Origin: Podarcis melisellensis
Lineage: Eukaryota
Length of the DNA: 64,000 nucleotides
Assembly: GCA_964234715.1 (NCBI GenBank)
Contig: OZ174281.1
Direction: 5' to 3' (one strand)
Shown here: one piece after another, positions 1 through 11,640 of the stretch
Numbering within the stretch: the stretch's first letter is position 1
Layout: each line of letters starts with the position of its first letter
Position numbers and translations under genes: made by a program
The notes under the pieces: generated by a model
Databases searched by the model: none
The model's input: the letters and a program-made list of their open reading frames with translations, nothing else
Told to the model about the DNA's origin: nothing

Positions 1-749
1 TTCAAAAGATCCAAAGTGAATCACTCAAACACATTGCAAAATCTGCTGCAAGAAATGCTTTTGCAACTACACAAAATAATATTGTGCATGAGATTTGCAA
101 AGTCTGCTTGCATATATACAATACAAATATGAAACTATGCCAAAAACAATTCCTTTAAAAAATACAGTACTTATCGTTTAGAATATATGAAGTAGGTCAA
201 AGCACAGGGAAAGAAGAGGACAAAGTTATAATAAGTTAGCTAAATAAAATTGCCTATTCTTGAAAAACAGGTTCTCATCGGGAAGAGTTTCGGGGAAACA
301 TTAGTAAGGACTGTTGATGACAGATAATAAAATATGTGCTTAATGGCATACTGGTAAGAAGAGGAAAAGGGTTTCATAACCTGCAAGAGAGAAGAAAAGA
401 AAAATGTGTAAGAACAAGCTGGATCCTGCTCCATTATGTCTGAAACACATCCTCGTCAGCCTAAACCCTTTGGTCCAGACTGTAAGAACACCATCCTCCC
501 CACTTCCACATTAGGGTGCCAAGCCCATTTTCCTCTGCTTTGTAACCTCTTCCTTTCCTTACTTCACAAACACCTCTTAACTTCCGCTCTCCAAGGTGCC
601 CCTCCCCAACCCACAATTATCTTCCCACTAAGCAGCACTCTCCCCCCCCCCCAGTTTGGGGTGTGCTCCGATCCCCACACCCCCTTTCCGGAATTTTGCT
701 TCCTTCCCAACTCTTCTTTAGAAGCCACTGATCATATCCAGGGCTCGAG

Positions 750-1950
750 ACTGCACAGCCTTGTTTGGGGGGGGGGCATCTTGCGCGCCCCGTTTCCACT
801 CCTCCCTCCCTCCCTCTCTCGCACACACCTATCGCCGAGTCCTCCTTCCTCCTCCCGGGATTCCATTTCCTCCGCCCCTTGTTCCACTCCGTTTCTTACG
901 TCACAGTCTCAGGGTTTTCCTTTTCCCTGACGGCACTTTCGCCCGCCGCGCCGATTGGCTGTGAACCGGAGCCAATGGGAAAAGACATCCCCCCCCGCCA
1001 GAGAAATATATTCTCTGAGCTGGGTTGGCGAGGCGCGGGCAGGTTCCCCGGTCCCAAGGGAAGGCGGGGGGGGGGTCAGTTCGAGAAGTGGGCGGGGAAG
1101 AGAGAGAGAGAGAGAGACACAGAGAGAGGGGGGGAGGGGAAATCTCAAGCACCAGGTGGCTCCGGGCTAATCCCGTAAATTCGCGAAGAGGTCCTCCTGC
1201 CGATTTAAAAGGGCAGGCGCAAGAGCGGCTTGCAGGGGAGAAGAGGCAGCGAGTGTTCCCTGAGGCGGGAAAGGGCGAAGTCACCTTATTTCAGAGCATC
1301 CCTCCGCCACACACACACACTTCCCCGCCACCCCACAGAGCAACCCTCCTCTTCTCCACGCGCGAACGAGACCGTCGTGCGCCCCGCCCCCCGTGCCTCA
1401 CAGCTGCAGAGTTTCCCCGCGCAACAGTATCCCACGCAGGAAGCAGAAAATGCCGCCTCAGCCAGGCAGGGAGTCGTCGCCCCCCCCCCCCGCCGCCGCC
1501 CTCCACACACAACAAAAGCCGCCGTCCTCCACAACCCTTCCGGGCGGGCAGGAAACCTCACGAGGAAACGGAGACCCCACCCACGAGCGGCAAGTCCGCC
1601 CTCCGCCTGCCTCCTCCTCCCCGGAGCAGGACGGCGGAGAGTCCCTCGCGCCTCGCCGGCGGTTCCCTTAGCAGTGCGCCCACAGGAAATGGGAGAAGCC
1701 GCCGCCGCTCTGGCTGGCAGCCCTTCAGCGCTTCCCGCAGGAAACGCCGCCGAGCTGCTCACAAAAGAGCGCCCGCTTCGGCACCTTCGGGCCATTTTCG
1801 GCCGCGATCCTGAAGCACGTTTGTATTCAGAAAGCAACCCCGCTGGGCTCAGGACAGAGTCGTGACTCTGCAAAGGCTTCGCTTTCTCTGCCGCTTTGAG
1901 AAATGGCTCGTGTTTTCCCTCTTCCCGCTTTGCAAAGGAGGAAAGAGGGT
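750..1950. promoter_or_regulatory. Second CpG island with promoter motifs (target gene not in window; CHD7 side by vertebrate synteny)
   Basis: High CpG density; TTACGTCA (ATF/CRE-like) 896-903; ATTGG 954-958 and CCAAT 972-976; E2F-like GGCGGGAAA 1264-1272; GC boxes; possible minus-strand donor AG|GTGACT at 1285/1284. Confidence 0.7.
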
Positions 1951-2263
1951 GCCCAGGCAGAAACGTTTGTCTAAACTAGCAACGTGGCCAGAAGTGTGAT
2001 TTAGGAAACACAAAAAAACCTGGCATTGGTCAGATCTATGCAGAGTTTAATCTCGCACAATCTTTTCTCCTTCTCTCGAGTAAGTTGCTCTGGAAGCACC
2101 AAGCCCCAAAAGCAGGCGGGGGCGGGGGGCGGGCGGGGACGCGACTAAACAGAAGATGTTGCTGGACTCCAAGTCCCATCACTCGGAGTCACAAGGCCGA
2201 GAGGCACAAATGATGGGATTTGGAGTCCATAACCATCTGGAGTACCACAAAGGAAAGGTAATG

Positions 2264-2599
2264 CAGACCCTCCAAGTGTCTCTATTTTCCAGGGATGTTC
2301 CTGATTTAGAGAAGCTGTCCCGGTTTCTGATATGATCTCAGAAATGTCCTACTTTTCCTTAGAATGTCACTACAGTATTTTCATTGGAGAAATGTTGGAG
2401 GGTATGGCATTGTCCGACTCTCAAGCCGTCTGAAGGCAATCCTGTATAGGGAAGGTTTTTAAAAAGTTTTATTATGTTTTTATATATGTTCAAAGCTGCC
2501 CACAGTGGCTGGGGCAACCCAGTATGAGGTATAAATAGTAAAATTATCATTATGGAATGGGACATCCCTTTTCTCATCAGAGAAATGTTTGAGGGCATG
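2264..2599. mobile_element. Non-autonomous DNA transposon (sibling at 43619-43934)
   Basis: CAGACCCTCCAA ... GAGGG(C/T)ATG termini in both copies; GTAATG duplicated at the flanks of this copy; shared interior GCTGC.CA.AGTGGCTGGGGCAACCCAGT. Confidence 0.7.
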
Positions 2600-2943
2600 G
2601 TAATGTTTCTTGACCCTTTGCATTGAATAAAAGTAGGGGGGGGATGAGAAGTCACTGTGAAATTAGATTACAGTATTCTGCATTAAATTAAGAGACTGCA
2701 AAGATTAGGGATACTGTACATGTGGAATATTATTGATGGGCAATTGTCTGGTTTATGCTGCACATTAAATATGACTTAATAAAAAATAATTAACTCAGAT
2801 CAAGACTGAGTCTTTTGTACTTAAAAATGGAAGAACAGGTGGGAGGGTGCAAAATGTAATGTCAGCAGCACCCATGGCAGCTGTTGCTGTTAACTGCAGG
2901 TTGTGTGTGAGTGGTACTGTCTACAGGATGGAAATAAATATTC

Positions 2944-3079
2944 AGATAGCTTAGCTGGTTAGACCGTGGTGATGATAATGTCAAGGTTTCAGGTTCAATC
3001 CCTGTATGGGACAGCTGCATATTCCTGCATATATGAGCCTCAGGGTCCCTTCCAACTCTACAATTCTATGATTCTATGA
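2944..3079 (+). mobile_element. Short tRNA-derived SINE with CR1-type tail (Squam2-like)
   Basis: A box TAGCTTAGCTGG, B box GGTTCAATCCC; ends in CCCTTCCAACTCTACAATTCTATGATTCTATG, the same tail as the CR1 copies ending at ~16797 and ~45114. Confidence 0.7.
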
Positions 3080-3320
3080 ACAAAAGAGCCCACTGGATCA
3101 GGCCAATGGCCCATCTAATCCAGCATCCTACCAGATGTCTGTGGAAAATATGCAAGTATTCGAAACTAAATACTATCACAGCATCAATTTGTACAACAGC
3201 ATTATTATACTGGCAGTTTTATTTTCAGTTTCCTTCCTAATTACCCTTATCATGGAATTTGCCTTATCATGAGTACCATGCCCTGGGTTACCTAGCACTT
3301 CACACTAGTGTTCTGTGGCC

Positions 3321-3462
3321 CAGTGGTGTAGTGTGGGGGGTGCAGGGGGGCCCGGCTGCACCGGGCGCAACATCTGGGGGTTAGGGTTAGGGGGCGCAAA
3401 TCCACGGGTTAGGGGACGCAAATTACTTGCCCTGGGTGCTGACAACCAATGCTACGCCACTG
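3321..3462. mobile_element. hAT MITE with internal TTAGGG units
   Basis: TIRs CAGTGGTGTAG / CTACGCCACTG; perfect 8-bp TSD CTGTGGCC at 3313-3320 and 3463-3470. Confidence 0.85.
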
Positions 3463-4194
3463 CTGTGGCCTGTTCTAATTTATGGCCTTTAAATGACTTG
3501 GGCCTAACACATCTTTTCTCACAACTGAAGCCCAAACAGAGGCATTTGCACTGTTAGTTCAATAGTTATAAAATCCATGTGCATTGAAGGTCACCAAAGC
3601 CTGAGCTTAAGGTTCTCTCTGCAGTTCTCCTAAAACAAAAGTATTGGTTGGGAGGTACCTTATTTTGAAACTAAATTGTACCAGATAGCTCCTACTATTG
3701 ATGTCCCTCCACAGTTCTCACATGTGATGGTGTCAGGCACACAAGTAATTATCACTGGCTGCATAAAGAATCCTTTATTTCAGAGGCACAATATTTCAGA
3801 GCCCACTAAGTGTGAGCAAGGAGCAGAATTTCAAAAACAAGGGACGTAGACATGTAAGTAGTAATGGGCAACCGTCCTTTGACTCAGTTTAGAACTGCAC
3901 TAGGTAAACCAAGCTATTACAAAAATCAAGAAAGAACTTCTTTATTCACCGCACCCAGTTCAGAAATTGTAACCTGCAAATGCCTGGATTCTGCTCACTT
4001 AGCTGGCTGGCAGCTGCCTCAACATAAGGCCTTCCTTACTTCCTGGTTTGCTAGCAGCAGTTGCCCATTCGTTGATAACATTACAAGACCCAAACTTGGT
4101 TGGATCTGGACTCAACTTGTAGTGTGGCAAGAAACTTTGAATAGAGGTGTATGTATTCTGTACTCTCCTCACCCCATGTTATTCTTCATCACTA

Positions 4195-4390
4195 CAGTGG
4201 TACCTCTGGATACGAACGGGATCCATTCCAGATCCCCATTCGCAACCTGAAGCGAACGCAACCCACGTCATTTTGACCGTCTGCCCGAGCAGCGAAACCC
4301 GGAAGTAACGCGTTCCGTTACTTCCGGATCACCATGGTGTGCAACCCGAAAGCGCTCAACCTGAAGCATATTCAACCCAAGGTATGACTA
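4195..4390. mobile_element. Tc1-mariner/pogo-type MITE, family B
   Basis: TA-CAGTGGTACCTC ... AGGTATGACTA-TA; internal palindrome CCGGAAGTAACG..CGTTACTTCCGG; related to 20270-20514 in reverse. Confidence 0.75.
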
Positions 4391-5691
4391 TAGTTCTAAA
4401 CATATTTCAGAAATGTTAAAGCATTTGCTTTATGTGGCTGTGGATAAGTTGAGAAAAAGGTATGTGAGTAGCTTCTTAATATTGCAGTTGTCTACCAAAG
4501 TTTACAAGGCCAGTCATGCCAAACAGAACATTTGAAATGTTTTAGTGCTAAAAAAAAAAAAAATCAAGACACATTTATGATTTTTTTTAAAAAAAAAATC
4601 TAATGTAAAACTTCATTAGCCTTTTCACCTATGTAAGGAAGGGCTGAGGTCCTTGAATGTTGTATACAAGGGCACATTTAGTTTCTAAAGTGAGCATTCT
4701 TATCTATAAGAAAAGGTGATTTATTTAATTACACACCCCTTGACAGAACTACAGCCCTACTTAGTGGGTCAATTTCACCCTCTCTAGTCAGCACTGTATA
4801 CAGTGAGGTTTTCGTAGCAACAGTCTTTTAACTGAAGCCAATTCTACAGTAGGAAAAACTTTTCAGCTGCTAAAGCAAGCAGGGAATAAGCCTCTGGCTC
4901 AGATCCTCCTTTACTGTAGCCTGAGTAGGGTAATATACTGTAATTGGTTTTCCACATTTGCCAAGAGTCTGTTTCCTCTTATCATCCACAATATTTAACA
5001 CAGGGCTTGTAATAGGTCCAAAAATAATAAAATCAGTCCCAAGAATAGAAGTGATAGATCCATAACATGCTGCTTTTTGTCATGGTCTTGGCTTTGTTAG
5101 AGTCTGTTAGTAGTTTTTATTACCAAATGATGTGGTTTCTTTCATGCGCAGCAAACCTAGTAAAGACATTTCATCAGCTACTTACATAGTACCGACATGG
5201 ATTATTTACAGACTGAGACTTCAGTGGCACAATAAAACAAAATTAGTATGGTATAATATTAACAAAGTTACGATGTAGTTAGAAAAGAAACTCTGCACCT
5301 CGACCAGTGAAAAAGGAGCAGTACAAGAACATATGTATATAAGCCTCCTCTTGGGAGAAATCACCAATATGTGGAGTTAATTATATTTTTGTGTAAGTAA
5401 GAATAGTTATATACCGGTTATTCATTTTGCTGCAAAAAACATACTTCCCCTATATTTGTAGTATGGTTTTAATATTTTGTAGTTTTAAAACTGCTTAGCT
5501 TGTCTCATATTGAGGCAGTTAGGAGATAAAGGTATTTTAACAAGTACAGATGACAAAATATGTAACTACAAATGCTTATACTGCAACTCTAAACCTGCTT
5601 ACGTGGGAGTAACTGACTGAAATTAGTGGAAATTATTGAGTAGACATGCACTAGATTCTGCTGTTATTTAGAAAGAGTACATTACATTGAA

Positions 5692-6046
5692 GGGATGTGG
5701 GTGGCACTGTGGGTTAAACCACAGAGCCTAGGACTTGCCGATCAGAAGGTCAGGTCAGCGGTTCAAATCCCCGCGACGGGGTGAGCTCCCGTTCCTCGGT
5801 CCCTGCTCCTGCCAAGCTAGCAGTTCGAAAGCAAGTCAAATGCAAGTAGATAAATAGGTACCGCTCCGGCAGGAAGGTAAACGGCGTTTCCGTGCGCTGC
5901 TCTGGTTCGCCAGAAGCGGTTTAGTCATGCTGGCCACATGACCCGGAAGCTGTACGCCGGCTCCCTCGGCCAATAAAGCGAGATGAGTGCCGCAACCCCA
6001 GAGTCGGTCAAGACTGGACCTAATGGTCAGGGGTCCCTTTACCTTT
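5692..6046 (+). mobile_element. Sauria/Squam1-type tRNA-derived SINE, full length
   Basis: A box TGGCACTGTGGG, B box GGTTCAAATCC, ACCTTT tail; 14-bp TSD TACATTACATTGAA at 5678-5691 and 6047-6060. Confidence 0.9.
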
Positions 6047-7374
6047 TACATTACATTGAACTCTAAAGTTAGTCTAAAGGCAGGGACTGGGAACGTATGG
6101 CCCTCCATGTTGTTGGATTCTAATTATATCAGCCAGCCAGCATGACAAATGGTCAAGGATGATGGGAGTTGTAGTCAAACAACAGTGGAAGGCCACAGAT
6201 TTTCCAACCCTGTCATAAAATGCATACAAACTGTATGTAAATGGAAACTCTGAAATACACTTACACCTAAGAAAAATGTATCTCACTGCTGGGGTCTCTT
6301 CCTACAAAGCTTCAGCCATGGAGTTTTCTAGTGGCCATTTGATCTGATGTACCCACTTCTATGTAAATATAAACATTGCTTTTTAACGTTCCATTCAGTA
6401 ATATGGAGCAGATTGACTTGGTGCTTGTAATCACTATCCTACTGTGGCAATGGCCAACTATGTGTATGACAGATCTCATATGTACTGTCATAACAAAGTT
6501 CTTTCATCCAACCATATTTTCAGCACCTACAAAGTTTCATAATGCTAAAGCAACACCTCTAATATATCTGATGTATTGATTTGACAGGAGAATTAACAAT
6601 ACCTGTTGAGAAAAGTCTATTAGCTGCTTAGTACCAAATCTGCAATAGGTAGGCTATGAACCAGCTCAAGCAAGGTAGAATATGTACCGTATTTTTCTGT
6701 GTATAAGAAAATGTTTCTTCCAAAGTTTTTTCATCAAAATTTGGAGTCATACACTGGAGCATTTTCTCTGAATTTGGCATGTTCATTATCCCACACACTT
6801 CATTCAATTCAGTCAAAGGGTGGTGGGGAGTTATAGCCATTTTTTAAATTTCCTCATGAGCAAATGGAGGATGCAGAAAGGTGGTTTTTTTGTAGCCTCT
6901 GAAGTGCTCTGGAGTGAATGAAGCTGCTTTCTAAAGCAACAAATCAGTCTAAACAGTCTCTTGTGGTTGATGTAAGTGTAAGAGAGGGTTGTGGCTATCC
7001 AACACCAGACACTTTTCAATGAAACCAATTATCTGGACACAGGCCTGGTTTTGGCACTGAAACAGACCTGGTCATCCCAATGAATAACCTGTCAGGAGAG
7101 GTCCAGGCTTTTAAGTTAGGTTTGCTTACATCAAACTAGCGTTTAATGAACTGCACCAGCTGCTTTTCCCTTCTAGCCACAATCTGAAGTAGTAGAACTA
7201 AACTTGAAAAACACCAGAATGATGCCTCTTCCATAGAAGCCTACCCATGTTTTGAAAATTTCTAATGAAGGTCTTCCAAGTACCTTCTTTAAGTGTGTTA
7301 TGTAACAAAGAGGGTTTTTTCAACATTGGTGCCTGGAATATGCTAGTTTAAAAGGTAACCTAGTCCATACACCA

Positions 7375-7616
7375 CAGTGGTACCTCAGGTTAAGTACTTA
7401 ATTCATTCTGGAGGTCCGTTCTTAACCTGAAACTGTTCTTAACCTGAAGCACCACTTTAGCTAATGGGGCCTCCCGCTGCCGCCGCACCTCCGGAGCACG
7501 ATTTCTGTTCTCATCCTGAAGCAAAGTTCTTAACCTGAGGTACTATTTATGGGTTAGCGGAGTCTGTAACCTGAAGCATCTGTAACCTGAAGCGTATGTA
7601 ACCTGAGGTACCACTG
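7375..7616. mobile_element. Tc1-mariner/pogo-type MITE, family A
   Basis: TIRs CAGTGGTACCTCAGGTTA / TAACCTGAGGTACCACTG; TA on the right; internal TAACCTGAAG repeats. Confidence 0.85.
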
Positions 7617-8689
7617 TATTTTTCTTGGCACCAGGTTAAAACATTTCTATTTTTCCAGGCATTTTAATTTGTGCAGTACCTCAACCTGCCACGTTATGTT
7701 TTTAGCTTCTGCTTCATATTATTGTCCATGCTGTCATTTTATTTATCCTCTTCTCCCAGGTCTTTGATTAATTAAACGATCTATGGCTTTTAAAACGGTG
7801 TGGGGCTGTTATTGTTTGTCACTATGGTATGCATCTTTATATTGTAAAACACCCTGTGATCTTCTGATGAAGGGCAGTACAGAAATTTAATAAATAATGA
7901 TAATATTGCTTGTTTTAGTATTGATAGAAACAATCATTCACCAGCCCCAAATCTCTTGGATGATGGGTGGTATGTAAATATTTTGAATAAACAGATCACA
8001 TTTAAGCCACCCTGGGTGCCTTTTCAGCTGAAGAGAAGAAAATGCTTAAAATAACTAAATGCTAAATTGATTGTGTGCACCGTCTTTGAGACTATACACA
8101 TGCTTGCAATTAATCTAGAAATGCATTTGTGAGTTCTTGTGCAGTTGTATTATTATGTAAGGAAAAATCACTTGTACAAGATTAGCTTAGAAATGGACCT
8201 TAAATATACTTTAAATGTGTAGATTCAAAATTGAAAAAAAATTACAAACCTTCACTTTGTTAAATAACGTTTTTTGGGGTGGGGGTGATTTTTTAAATGT
8301 ACGAAGTAGTTCTCAGCAACAGGTACCAAATGGATAAGCTTTGTTTTACCTGTCAACAAATAGTTATTGGCTCCTTGCTAAGTACGGACTGGTCACCATC
8401 TCTCTGATTAATCCACCTCATGATTGCTGTGAAGCTCAGGTGCTGCTCTGAACTCAGAGGAACGAATGAGATACAGCTGTAACGAATAACTGGACTCCAA
8501 ACTGCGTTCTTCAGCTAAAGTATGCCCACCAAGACAACCTAAATATGGAAGAGCAAGAATTGTGGTATTCCATTTGAACATATCTATAAATAGTTTACCC
8601 TGGAAAACCCAGCAATACAGATTAGGGTCAAGAAAAGATGCTCTCATCTAGTTAAAGAGTGTCATTAATATTCTCTACTTGAAATATAT

Positions 8690-9845
8690 AATTAAACAGG
8701 AGTTTATTTTGCAGTGATGTATACTAATTCATTAGAAGCATGGGGAAAATTGGAAAAAATCATGTGGAGTACAGCACTAAAGCATTTCCAAGTTTGGCCT
8801 TAATCAGGATTTTCAATCTGGCAGTTTTATTGTCACACCCCCTTCACAATAGACAAGATGCTTACCATATTAAGATTACAAGTTGTCACCAAAAAAGAAA
8901 AAGAACCAAATCAACTTTACACAGCCACTGTACATCTAAGTTGAAAAACTATCCTTGATGGAAATATACCTAGAAATGAAGAGGCAAATAACGTTTTAAG
9001 AAATATGAAGTCTTCATAATGTGCCATTTTATGAGTTTCAATGCTTCCTGTATTTTTCATTCATTATAATATGTTTAACCTACATAATTAAGGCAAACAG
9101 CTAATCCATTTCTGAAGAGGTGCTGTGGAAGTTGTGAGCAAATAGCAAACATTTGGCATTAAAATAGGCATATGTAGCTTCTAATACTATACATAAAGCA
9201 TTTTTTGGACTCTAGGATAATGACAAAAGGACAAACATGCTAACAATGTCAATAAGGTTTAAAATTCAGCATCTAAGCAAATTCCTAATAATGCTTCTGT
9301 AGTTCCAAGCTCTAAATGTATAGAATTTATGCAAATGCATTAAAGAATTATAGCTTGGCAAATACACCCAAGCAAGTTATTAAACTATATATACAGAAAG
9401 TAAATGATAAATACAGAAAAGAGTCCTTCTGTTTTTCTTTAGAGCCTTGAAAATGGACAAGAGTTGAAGACAGTTCTACAATATTAAACATTAGGAAACC
9501 ACTGGAGTTGGGCAACCTAACTACACAAACTGATTAAAATACTCAGATGACTTTGTAGTGTTTAATACAGTTCGTAGTCAAGGGCACAAGACAACATTTA
9601 ACAAAAAATAATCACATCAATTGACTTAGAAATCAAATGGAAATATAGATATGAATACAATCTCCAAAACCTGTCTTTTAAGTGAACATTAACCATTTAT
9701 TCAAAGTTGTACAAGAATTTGAAGAATAAAGTCTTCTGCAACATGATGCCATCTTACAATAATTTCATGTCGTAGTTGAAATTGAGCGGGGGAGGGTGAA
9801 ACAAGTTAGTAGGCCCCTTCAGGCAGCTAGGAAGTAAAAATAGGT
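8690..9845 (-). other. RAB2A: RAB2A 3'UTR with tandem poly(A) signals
   Basis: Minus-strand AATAAA at 9696-9701, 8826-8831 and 8703-8708, and ATTAAA at 9561-9566; AT-rich with no recognised repeats. The distal end is inferred. Confidence 0.7.
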
Positions 9846-10004
<159 letters not shown>

Positions 10005-10510
10005 TTAAAGTAGTTAATCTACTTCTGATTTATGAACATCTAAACTTATTGTCTCCTTTTCATGATAATCGAGCTGTAGGGGGGAAATCCTATTAAAAAC
10101 AATGTCTGGTAGCAATTAAGGAAACAAAAATCAAGAATAGGATATATTATTTCATTTTTTCACCATTTCTGTACAACAGAATCCAATAATCTATCCTTGC
10201 CGGTACTAATGTATATAGCATGGGCCAAACCTATACACAGAAGGTTTTCAAACTGTTTCATAACAGTAGAAATTCTTAATATGCCTAATAAACCTTTGGT
10301 CCCACCAAAAGAAGTTCAGGTTTCTTCTGGTCTCACACAGCAAACCCTTTTCTTCTCTTTACTGCATTTCCTTCTATGTTGAGTCAGCTGTACAGACTAA
10401 GGGCATACAAGTGTTCTGTGTCATCAATAATTTCTATGATCCCCAAAGACATGGCAAGTTGCCAAGAACCACACACAGAGTAGTTCTTTCATTCATCAAA
10501 CTTACACTTA

Positions 10511-10817
10511 NNNNNNNNNNNNNNNNNNNNNNNNNNNNNNNNNNNNNNNNNNNNNNNNNNNNNNNNNNNNNNNNNNNNNNNNNNNNNNNNNNNNNNNNNN
10601 NNNNNNNNNNNNNNNNNNNNNNNNNNNNNNNNNNNNNNNNNNNNNNNNNNNNNNNNNNNNNNNNNNNNNNNNNNNNNNNNNNNNNNNNNNNNNNNNNNNN
10701 NNNNNNNNNNNNNNNNNNNNNNNNNNNNNNNNNNNNNNNNNNNNNNNNNNNNNNNNNNNNNNNNNNNNNNNNNNNNNNNNNNNNNNNNNNNNNNNNNNNN
10801 NNNNNNNNNNNNNNNNN
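10511..10817. other. Assembly gap (307 N) in RAB2A intron 7
   Basis: Run of N. Confidence 1.
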
Positions 10818-11499
10818 CCAGACTTGGCACTGAGCCAAGTAAATAGCATGCACTGTTGGCTCTTGACAGCATACGGCAATCAAATCTCCATAAGGCACAG
10901 TAAAGCAGTCAGATTCTATATGAAACTCGACAGATACAACAAGCATTCTTTTTCAGAGCCAATGATTACTGTCCAATATATATGCTATCCACTGCTAACT
11001 TTAAACCATATGTTCTTTAGTTATCAGATGAGAATGAGATAGTTCAAATGGTACTAGGGAAAATAAGGAGAGAGGCATAGTATATAGTGTAACCCTGCCT
11101 TCTCATGCTGGTATTGTGCTAGTCGTACCACTATTCCTGATAATTCTAGACCCTCCCACACTTCATTTACACACATCCAGGGGCCTGCAGCTCTTCAAGG
11201 CACAGCAGAAACATGCCCAGCATGAACAGGGGAAGGTTATAATATGTGCTGTTATGGATAAACCCCTCTCATATGCAGAGGAGGCTGGACAGAACTAATA
11301 CAAAATGAGTAGTACAACTTGTGAAGATGCAACGTTTCCTCTAAGGAAGCTTCATTTTCAGAAAGTATTGCATGTGCCATATTTTAAATTTAAATAATAC
11401 TGAACAGTTAGATTTATTTGTTTTCTTTATATAAAGATAGCCATTAGACCCATAAGAAAATAGTTGTCATTGAAGACATGGAGCCTGCACCTGCTGTCC

Positions 11500-11640
11500 A
11501 GCCAAAAAAGCTCCTCTCTACCCCATCACCCTGTTTACTATCTAGCCTGATGAAGAGTTCTGGAGAACTTGAAAACTTGCACACTATTTTGTGATATTTT
11601 GGTTGGTCTCAAGAGGTAATTGTCCTAATACGGATTTGGT
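11500..11640 (+). mobile_element. Penelope-like element terminal remnant with hammerhead-like core
   Basis: CTGATGA (11547-11553), hairpin GAGTTCT-GG-AGAACTT, GAAA (11571-11574), then TTTTGGTTGGTC; resembles reptile PLE pLTR ends. Confidence 0.55.

Noticed and set aside
436-1873. Long overlapping ORFs (up to 262 aa) in the left CpG island
   Set aside because: Low-complexity Pro/Arg/Gly/Ala products open in several frames on both strands, as expected from GC-rich DNA with few stops; no recognisable domain and not the CHD7 N-terminus.
5692-5775. tRNA-like A/B boxes here and in the other SINE heads
   Set aside because: They continue into SINE bodies with TSDs and lack a full cloverleaf; not tRNA genes.
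7852-7895. CTGATGA...GAAA pattern (related tails at ~23397, ~42532, ~55200)
   Set aside because: Part of the recurring L2-type 3' tail hairpin CCCTGTGATC..GATGAAGGG; the other copies lack CTGATGA and no hammerhead stem II follows.
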